DNA of 36,668 bases. It comes from Intoshia linei (Eukaryota > Animalia > Orthonectida). The notes beneath the pieces were generated by a model. The model had not been told where the DNA came from, searched no databases, and saw nothing but the letters and a program-made list of their open reading frames with translations. The stretch's first letter is position 1. Each line of letters starts with the position of its first letter. The DNA lies in assembly GCA_001642005.1 (NCBI GenBank), contig LWCA01000251.1, forward strand, positions 1 through 36,668, in the 5' to 3' direction. The position numbers and the translations under genes are program-made. Shown here piece after piece: positions 1 through 10,091 of this stretch.

Positions 1-884
1 TATAATATGCTACTCAATATTTGTTTGTGTGTGTGTTACCGTTTATTTCAATAATTACCAGTATTAGAATTTTATAAAATCCACAATTCAATGACAGTTT
101 TTTCCAGGGTATTAGCAAAATAAATTTCAAACTCCCAAACTCACATCTTACGTGATAAAAACTCCAATTGTCCTTTTTTTTGAAAATCAAACGAGTTATA
201 GAATTTCAAAAAAATGTATACTCTGATACAGATTTTAAAATCATAATAATTATCATAAATTTAAATTTAAAAAAAAAATATTTTCAGGGCCAAAACCACA
301 AATTATCTCTTTTTTTTAATGAAAACAGCTCTAGAATTAAAAAAAATGTACAGGTTGTAGAATTGTATCCTTTTAACACATAAAAAAAATATCAATCTGA
401 ATAAGTGACGCCTTCACGGTCAAAAAAGCATTTTAGTTTTCATATATTTTTTTTCCAAAATATTTTATTAACAAAACAAAAAATGTGAAATAATTAACGG
501 TCCGAAAATTAAAAAAAAAGAAAGATTATTCTGATAAGCTTATTCCAGTTGATATAAGTACAAAATTTCAATCCCAGAAATCTACGCATTCCCGATCAAA
601 AATAATTTTAATATATTATCAACCAATATTTTTCAAATATTTTGATTAACAAATGTGCATTTAACATCTACACATTTCCAATAAAGAAATATGGGTGAAA
701 ATCTATATAATTGATTATTTCAGAATTTTTTTCATTCAATTCGGAAATCGGAAAAGATTGATAATAGTGAATAGTAGTATTTTTAAGTTAGATTTTAACG
801 TGAATATATTTTTTTGGAAGAATAAAAATGTGACCTCGGCAGAGATAGCTGCTGTATGTATGTAGTACATAACAGTTAATTTAG
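1..884 (+). mobile_element. Non-autonomous Helitron-like element (5' end cut by the window edge)
   Basis: Begins TATAATATGC...TTTGTTTGTGTGTGTGTTACCGTTTATTTCAATAA. Bases 1-305 match the reverse complement of ~29975-30255, and bases 300-740 match the reverse complement of ~23170-23670. Ends with a hairpin (TATGTA-TGTAG-TACATA) followed ~10 nt later by TTAG|T, equivalent to CTAG|T in the copies at 6608 and 22127. Confidence 0.75.
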
Positions 885-1631
885 TCAATTATAATTATAA
901 TAAAACTAATAAAACTGGAAACATTACATTAAACATTTTGTTCACTATTGTCAGGTTTGAACTATTTTTAAAAGTTTTTATGGTCATATTAAAGTATTTT
1001 GTAACGTGCCTATTGTCACAATATTCAAAAATTAAAAATTTTCAAGGTCTTTGATCTTATAACCATTATCACTTTCGTACGTGACTAACATTCACTGGAC
1101 ATAAAAAGGTTAAACATCATAGCTGTAAATGCATTGTAAAATAACAATACATTATATTAAATTTGACAACCGACAATTACAAAAAAGGTAATATTATTTT
1201 AACATAATTGATGTAGGCCGTGTTTATCCCATGTATCTACAAATTGAATGCAATGCATATTGTAAAATTTGACCTAATAACTAAATTTTTAATAAAAACT
1301 ATAAATTTAATATAGTGGTCTCAGAAATATGATAATATTAACAAGTTGAGTAAGTTTACAATGCATAATAGGCGTGGTTAACAATCAATGATGTGGATGA
1401 AACAATAATAATGAACAGTACAGTACAATAGTTAGTTATGTATAGTTTTATAACGGAGTAGCAAACAATGCCTTGATAATATATTTGATTAGTTTATTGG
1501 TTATTTGTTCCACAGTAAAACAGATGCATAAAAATAATCCATCAAAATTCAGTGTCACTTGAAATGAAATGGAATAATCAGTTTATTTTTTTTAAAGATT
1601 TAAAACATTAAAACCATCAAAACAATAAAAA

Positions 1632-2374
1632 ATGATTTTATCACTATTAAAAGATGAATTTACAAATATTAATATGAATATGGATTCAGCACATAAAGAA
1701 TCGGTGGTAATTACATTATAATAATAATTATAATTAATCATTTTAATTTCAATTTATTAAAATTTTCAACTATTTAAACAATTTAAACATTTAAATTTTA
1801 GAATCAGTGCGTAATTGAGATACCTCTTAATACAATACCCAAAAAACTAAAAAGACAAAACGGAGAAGCAATTTTGAAATCAACAAAAAAACGTGTAAAT
1901 GTATTGATGGGATCAAAAATAATGAAAAACCAAAGTATAATATCAAATCAATCTAAAAACATGGAAAATATCCATAGAAAAAAACCTAGAATGGGAATAA
2001 ACAGATTAAATTATAAAATAAAAGACCAAACATGTACAAATTCCTTAAATAGAACAAAATTTAAATGTCCTCGTATTTTAAATAATGAAAATTACTACTT
2101 ACATACCGAAAATATAAATAAAAGTAAAAGATCTTGCAGATCGGACGTTTACTCTATAAACTTTTCCAAATATGATCGAATCAACCGCAAAAGAACAATT
2201 TGTCAACACATAATTCATTCCAAACTCATACATCAAAACTTGAAGATTATTGAAACAAGACATGAAAATTATTTCATGAGTCAAATTAAAGAACATTTCA
2301 CGCATAATTTTAAGGATACCATCAATATAATATCAAATAATCAACATGTTAATTTAGAATTAAATTACATCTAA
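1632..2374 (+). CDS. Hypothetical Lys/Asn-rich protein (~215 aa, 2 exons: 1632-1706, 1802-2374)
   Basis: ATG at 1632. A GT-AG phase-0 intron at 1707-1801 joins in frame to the 166-aa ORF 1874-2374. No family recognised. Confidence 0.5.
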
Positions 2375-3059
2375 TTTGTACACCAAACTGTTTTCATATT
2401 TAGCTTTAGGGTTATGTCGGTACATCATACACATTTTTTAAATAGCACTATTTTAATTATAAATCTTATCCTATTTGAAACTTTTTCGCCAATTTTTTTC
2501 AATTTTAATTAGTTTGTATTGATTAGTCTTGCGTTTTTAATTACGCATTTTGTCAATTGTTAATTATGTTCTTTCATATTTGCATTATTACTGTCATTCC
2601 TCAGAGGAAATTAATATTCTAAATTTTATTACCCTTCAAACAAAATTCAATTTGGAATGCCGTTAATTACTGAATATATTGTGATAAAATACACTACTAA
2701 ATGTAAATACTCTTTGATGCTTCATTAAAATTAAAAATATAACGGTAAAATCAAAAAATTCATTTAAATTTTAAAATTAAAAAAATGTTAATTATATGAA
2801 TGTTTTTAAGATTTGGTCAGCATTTCTCAAAATATATTGTCATTTTTCAATTTCTTCAATTTCTTTAATTTTAGAGCCATAATTAGCCATTTTTAGTTGA
2901 CGAATGAGACGTTTTAATTTAAGTTATGTGACTGGAACCGTCTATATTCAATTACTTGAGAAATTTTTAATGCATTTTTAATTTTATATTGTTAACTCAT
3001 ACTTGTCTGAATGTGTGTTTTAAGTGTAAACATTTAACCAATTATTTAAAAAACCGACT

Positions 3060-3900
3060 CTCAGAATTTTCAAAAACAAAAATACCAAGTCAGATTTTTC
3101 CGGTATGAAAATAAGATAAATTTAAATCTCAAATATTTCAATTTTCATGTCAAAACCGCAACTTGCCTTTATTTGAAAAATAATAAAACCCAAATAATTA
3201 AATATCTGTTTTTTCAAATTAAACAGTCCCAATGTTTTAAAAAACATAAATTTTGGTCAGTTTTTTAAATCATGAGCATTATCAAAAATTGTAAAATCAC
3301 ACATTACTCTATTTAGAAAAATGAAAAAACCAAGTCCTAGAATTTAAATAAAATGAGAACTAACACATCTTGTTACATTTAACACTCAAAAAATATTTCA
3401 ATGTCACAAAGTCACGTCTTCATGGTTAAAAACACTTTAGTGTTAATTTTTTTTTTTAAACTACCATAGTGTATATCAGTGATTCCCAACCTGTTGATCG
3501 CGATCGACTGGTAGATCGAAGATAATTTTCTAGCTTATTCCAGTTCATCTAGATAAAAATTTTAACTCCCAAATCTGCGTATTTACGGTAAAAAATTACT
3601 TTTAATTTATTATCAACCAATATTTAAAAAAATTTTAAATTAATATGAATTGATATATTTTAGAAATGAAAATGTGAATATTCATCCTACAAATTTCAAA
3701 AAAAGTATGATTTGAATGAGTAAATATTTAAAATACAAAAACCTGGGTTTAAGTCTCATGAATTAACTCGTTCGCTTTTTTTATCATTACTACGCAATTT
3801 ATGATTTTTTAAAACTTTTTATTTTTCCGTCAACTTAAGTATAACTTTGTTTTATTTTTGTTATAGTTTTGAAATTTATTTTAATTTTGGTAACATTCCT
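3060..3900 (+). repeat. Degenerate internal fragments of the Helitron-like family, interrupted by a hAT-MITE left end at 3477
   Basis: 3530-3620 resembles 535-640. 3090-3350 resembles 15250-15420 and 21770-22010. CAGTGATTCCCAACCT terminus at 3477. Confidence 0.55.
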
Positions 3901-6154
3901 TCATCCAAAATATATTTTTACGTCAATTTAAATAGGCTGCATTAATAAAATCCATTAATGATCGATTTAAAATATTTCTTTAATATAAAAAGGAAGATAT
4001 TGAAATATTTTACACATTTTAATGTTATGAAAAATCAGTATGTATTACAGGTAAAGCTTGGAATTTCTAGAAAATTTTCGAAAAAAATTAATTGATAGTA
4101 TTAGTAATAAAATAATTATTTTTAATTGTGGAAAAACTAAAAGTACTAACAGTTTCAAAATTGTTAATATTTTTAGAATAAGGACGGATAATCCCAATAT
4201 TCGGTCCATGAAATAACGTTGACAAATTTCTTACTAATTAGTTAAAATAAACATAATTAATCTAATTAGATGTGCATTTATTACGTTTTTTATTAAATTA
4301 TTTTAAATATTGCCTGATAATGAAACTTTAGTGATCCGCGATACATTTTATTTGATAAATTTTAGGAACCCATGTCTATGGGAATTTTATCGAGTTGATA
4401 AAGCAATAGTAAAGATGAGCAACCAAGAACCCATTTCCAACTAATTTTCAAAAAGTTACATTCCACTCATTAATATTAATTAAACGTAGAAAATAACGAT
4501 ATTATGCCGTTTTAAAATTTGTAACCTTACTTTTATTATACGTATTAGGTAGCAATCGATAAACAATTTAAAAATTTAAACTAAATTTTCACACTTTTTT
4601 CACGGCGACGGGTAATAAATTATAAAATTTATCGCGGACCATTAAACCTTATAACAAATTTTATAAAAAACGTATTAAATTGACTTTTAATTAGTAAAAA
4701 TTTTTTAAAAATTATTTCGCGGACCGGCATTTGGGAAACGCTGAGTTATAGATTTAAAAAAATCAAGTTTTAGAATCTTTAATAAATTTTCACAACTGTA
4801 TTTAATGAGTACCACCGGTAGTTCTCAGTAGATTGCTTTGACACGGTTACCACTGTTGGTTATCAAACAGTAAAAGGGATCATAATTTTAAAGTTTCGAA
4901 ATTTTTCAAGCTAATCACCACGCAAGTTAAAAGGTTACACACAAGTAAAAATCCGCTTCAAATCTAATTTAATATAATTCCTCTAAAAATGTAACACAGT
5001 GATAAATACATGTAGATAAATTAAAAATATATAATCAGAATATTTTGTAAATGAACCATAAACGTTTATTGAACCTTGGGTTACAATATTATATATAATA
5101 ATAAGTACATTAATTATGCTGCACAATTAGACAATTTTGTACATCTGCGATGTTATACAATGTTATACAATATATAATATACATTATACAATACACATTA
5201 TCCACCACTCATGCCGAACAGACAACCAGTTTAAAATTTTACAGCGTCCGCCAAGGAAGACATACATTTTTATGTACATTGTAATTTATGTGTGTAAAAT
5301 TATTTTTGATCACACTCTTTTGGCTTGCGACGTACCAACAAAACTTTTCAAATTTCAAATTTCGAACACCACAAAAAACATGGTAAGATACTATATTCTT
5401 TCCCAGTTCTTTTTGCTATCGCCGCAGACTCACAATTATCAATTTCATAAAAAAATAAAACAAACGTTACATTGCAACTCTTGGACTTGGTTAAGAATGC
5501 TTAGATAACATATTTCTATTATAATTTTGTTCTGTTCAATATTAATTTCTCATGACTTATAAGTCACAGTTATAAATTGAAATTATTTACATTATTAATG
5601 GGAAAATAAATAAATACGAGCGTATTAACCCTGTTAAATAAAAATGTAATAGATTGTTAAATATGATAATAAAACATGATACATTATAATATCATTATTC
5701 CACATGACATTTTTATAGAATATTTATTGAACATATTGTTCTCTAAACTCGGAATAAGATTAGTTTCACACAAACTTTTAAATGAGTCAGTGAAATAGTA
5801 AAAAAACCTAATTAAATATAAGTTGAATAAGGATAATGGGTCAATTTATATGTAATTATTCACTTAATAATGTCATAAATTAGGTTTCAATAAAATTTCC
5901 CTTTCATGAGAATATTTTCTGCAACTACATTTGTATGCACCACAAAATTACATATTTTTCAATTTCGTATTACATGAACTATTCCTGATGTATTATTAAA
6001 TTTATTATTAAAAAGGTTTAATTCATAATTAATCATTTTACTACCTGTCAATGACATGACAGGCTGTCATGTAGTAACATTAAAATATTACATTTCAGAA
6101 TTTTTTGAACCCCTCCAATTGTTTCAGCTCTTTTTAGAGAACTATTCTGTAGAT

Positions 6155-7065
6155 CAGGGGTTCCGAAAGTGCGCGATATCATATCAGGGGTGATTAATTC
6201 AACGTGGGCGATTTTTGATATATTCGATACATATATGCGACGCGATTTTTGTTTGTCTGTCTGTCTGTGTGTGTTTCCTACTTTATTGAAATAATATTGA
6301 AATTGAAAACGTGTTATTTTTTTACTCATTGAAATTTTAAATATAATGACAAAAAGAAAAGCAACATTCACAAGAAAAAACGCCAAAATTAATAAGATGA
6401 TACTTTTTTATTATACCAAAAAAATAAATTCACGTTGAAAATCTAATAGTACGGTAATACATTTTTGATAGTCTTATTTTAATGGATTCATAAAAGTGAT
6501 TTGAACCATAATAGATTTAATTTTTTTAAGGTTAAAATTAAAATGTCCGCCCTCGGCAGAGCTAGGTGCTGTTTGTACAATGTACATAGTACAAACCAGC
6601 CAAGCTAGTAGTATAATAAAATTGATGCGGTACCAAATTTAAAATATAGTTCCTTGTCAATGTTCAATGAGCATTGTTCATAGATTGTTTTATTATAACA
6701 TTTTAATTATTAATGACACTGTATTTGAAAAACGGTATTAGATGGCTAGAGTGGAGCGTTGATGAATTTTTTGGTTGTAAGGGGATATTTTTATAGCCAG
6801 TTTGGGATCTACTGATATAAACAGTGACAGTAATAAATATATTATTTTTTAATTAACATATAACATAATTTTCATTTTTTTAATTATTAAATATTGACTT
6901 TGGAAATATTGAATTAAATTAAAAAAAAATTGGTTATTTATATAATAAATTTTTATTATTAAATGTATATACGACGTAGACGAAAAATTTTTTTGAGAGG
7001 CGTTGAGAAAATATATTGCTAAAAAGGGGGGAGGGCGGTAGACAAAATGAGTTTGGGAACCCCTG
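6155..7065. mobile_element. hAT (Charlie/Buster-type) MITE with a nested Helitron-like copy
   Basis: TIRs CAGGGGTTCCGAAA (from 6155) and TTTGGGAACCCCTG (to 7065). Flanking 8-mers CTGTAGAT / GTGTAGAT (7/8 identical, central TA) are typical of hAT target-site duplications. Confidence 0.8.
6230..6608 (+). mobile_element. Short non-autonomous Helitron-like element
   Basis: 5' (TGTC)n/(TG)n microsatellite. 3' segment CCTCGGCAGAGCTAGGTGCTG shared with 830-860, then a GTTTGTAC...GTACAAAC hairpin, an 8-nt spacer and a terminal CTAG|T at 6605-6609. Confidence 0.75.
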
Positions 7066-8647
7066 GTGTAGATTGTGCAAAAACAATTCTACGTTAAAAT
7101 ATACAATGTATATTATACATGTGTAATAATAAAAAATGAACTCAAATTATAAAATTAATTTCCGGTCATATTACGGATAGTTTTCACCATTATTTTATAA
7201 ATATTGTAACTTTCCATTGTAATTCTAATTTTAACGATTGGATCAAATAAATCCTATATACATTATGGAAGATATACAATGAATACACTCGTAAACAGCT
7301 GGATAAATCACTACTGGTACTTGGATTTCATACTACAAACAAATTATGATGGATATACAATTTATCAATTAGACTAACAGACGCATGGCTAGATTAATCT
7401 AGATTTGTGAGAGTTTACTATTCTCATATTTCAAACGATAACTTTGAATAAACATTATCCCTCTTGGAAAATTAGCTAAATCCATATCAAATTTATCGAG
7501 TATTTATTAATATAACGTCATTTTTAATTAACAAAAATCTTAAATTGAACTAATATATATTCATTTTCAGATCATTTAAAAAATTATAAAACACTCAACA
7601 TATATTCAGAGTTCAGAGAATCATATCGAAAAAAAGAATGCTAAATAATAATAACAAATAATTTTTATGTAAGCCTCATTAATTTTTTTGTAGGTTAACT
7701 GTAAATAACTCTATTAATTAAGCTTCTTTTATATTCTTGTGCTTTCATCTTGGTATTCTGGTATTTTGATCGTAAAACGGCAATTTTTTGATCTTACTAT
7801 TTATAATAATGCTCATGATTTTAAAAATTATTCCAGAATTTATGTTTTATAAAATTACTGTATATTACAGAAACTTATTAGGGTACAAAGTACCCTCAAA
7901 TCTAAGTTAAGACTACAAACAACTACAGAACCAACGAAATAAAATAAATAATTACAAAATAAAAACATTCTATGGTGTTTACAGCAGTGTTAACTCAATA
8001 TTTTTAAATTTAATCATGGAAAAATTTATATTTTGATGAATTTAACTTTAATTTGAGGTTTTATACAAATAATGTTTATTTATTTTGTCATTTTTTAACT
8101 TTATCACTGATACTTATAGAATTTAGAGTCTAAATTCTTAATACTTTTTTAAAATCTTTTCATGAGACTATTACAATATTTGTGTATTTACTAAAATGTA
8201 TAATTTTGCCATTTTATAAGATTAAGGTACGTTAATTTCTTAGATATTTAATCTAAAATTTATCCTAAAAAAATTTATTCACTGTATATCAAATCATTAT
8301 ACTCATCAAATCAACGTAAAACAATCTCATTAATATTAGATTTGATAAAAAAATTTTAAAATGCAAAATTTCCAATAAATCCAATTAAATTTTCCACGAA
8401 TTATAATTAAAATACGCATTTACATTCTTATCAATTCTTGGAATTAAATTTATTATTAATTTATAGAACTATTTCAGTAAAAAACAACGGCACATTGTAC
8501 ACTTTGAAAATACAGATTTCAAAATGATCGTTTTTAAATGAAGAATTTAACTTTATATCTGGCAACTCTGATTCTGATTGGTAGTACATTGTATATTGAA
8601 ATTATGAAAATACATTTGTTATTTTATACACTCAAAATTGTAGGAAA

Positions 8648-9949
8648 ATGTTTAGAAAAATATCATATTTTAAAAAAGCATTGAGCATGACGTCAGATAA
8701 CGTACTTCTCAAAGACCACAAGACAATGCATTCACTTATATTAAGATCAAAAGAGGTTTTTAAAATTCAAATCAACGTATATAGAAAACTGAGATTCTCA
8801 ATTATAATACATATAAATTTAATTTTAAATTACCCTCAGCTAATGAAACATTAGGTTTTATAATAGGTATCTTGTTTATATGCTTTTAACTATTAATATA
8901 TAGGATCGTTTGTTATATTGCATGGTAAAAGTGATGGCGAAGAATTTAAAAAATCTTATACTCCAGTAAGCGACCAAAATTTAAAAGGTCAGTGTGAATT
9001 TGTTATTAAGGTGAAATGTTTTATTATGATTTAGTATATTTAAATGTAGATATACAGAGACAACCAAGAAGGTCCAGGTGGTTTAATGACTCAATATTTG
9101 GAATCTTTACATATTGGAGATTCTGTAGATATGAGAGGACCAATGGGGTTGATTAGATACTTTGCACTCGATGATACTAAATGTTTGAAATTAGTTTTTA
9201 TTATATCAGCATTTAGGTAGATTCACCATCTTTTCTTCATATCAATTCAAAAGTTTCTATGAAGTAGACGCATCTGAAATTTGCATGATTGCAGGTGGCA
9301 CTGGTATTACTCCCATGTATCAATTAATTCAACATAATATTAAAAATAACAATATAAAAATGCGACTCATGTTTGGAAATAATGTAATTTTTATTTTTAG
9401 TAATCATTATCTTATCTTTCACATTAGAATTAATATAACTACACCATTTAACGTTAATTTTGTAATTTTCAAAAAAAATAATATGGGTCTAATTTCCAAA
9501 ATAATGTATGTGACGGTTAAGTTTTTTTAAAAAATTGATTATTTTAGTCACCATTTAAGATTTTTATTTGATATATGAAACCTTTGGTGTACACTGTAAA
9601 CTGTATTGCTAACACATTTTATGGGTATTGCATAAATATTTTTATAAATTAAACTTTTATTTAGTCAGATATAGATACAATTTTGTTCAATGAATTGGAA
9701 AAGTATAGATTATCACATCCAGAATTGTTGAATATTTATTACACTGCAACCAAACCGTTTAACCCAGAACAATGGACACATGGTGTCGGAAATATAAGTC
9801 CAGAACTCATACAAGCCCAACTTTTAACAAAATTGAAAGACAAGGAAAATACCGTTTTTCTATTATGTGGACCAAGAGCTATGGTCAAGTTGCATTTCAT
9901 TGCTTTAGCAAAACTTGGTATCGATTCAAAGAGGATACTTCGTTTTTAA
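8648..9949 (+). CDS. CYB5R: NADH-cytochrome b5 reductase family flavoprotein (~290 aa; exons 8648-8755, 8794-8866, 8904-9010, 9050-9182, 9217-9383, 9665-9949)
   Basis: The spliced translation shows KSYTP (RxYTP-like FAD motif), FVIK-IY, GGLMTQYL, MRGPMG, MIAGGTGITPMYQ and LCGP. All introns are GT-AG with consistent phases. The exon 2 acceptor is ambiguous (8784 vs 8793). Confidence 0.92.
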
Positions 9950-10091
9950 TAAACTCATGTATAAATTAAATGTATCAGGTTACTGAAGAATTTACGCTGT
10001 TTTTTTTCAAATTTTCAAAAATGAATATTTTCTAATAGCCCATCAAAATTTTTGACTTACGTTTTCACCATTAAATATGAAATGAAAATAA

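Noticed and set aside
168-383. 71-aa ORF
   Set aside because: Lies inside a Helitron-like repeat; non-ATG start and low-complexity AT-driven composition.
3477-4743. Single hAT MITE spanning two termini
   Set aside because: The flanking 8-mers (GTGTATAT vs AGTTATAG) do not match, so the ends probably belong to different insertions.
5137-5508. 123-aa ORF in a slightly GC-richer patch
   Set aside because: TTG start, no recognisable motif or supporting splice structure; the other frames checked contain stops.
6048-6386. 112-aa minus-strand ORF
   Set aside because: Runs across a MITE terminus and a Helitron microsatellite, so it is most likely chance.
9170-9216. Apparent non-canonical AT-AG intron in CYB5R
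   Set aside because: A canonical GT donor at 9183 gives the same phase and a 34-nt intron.
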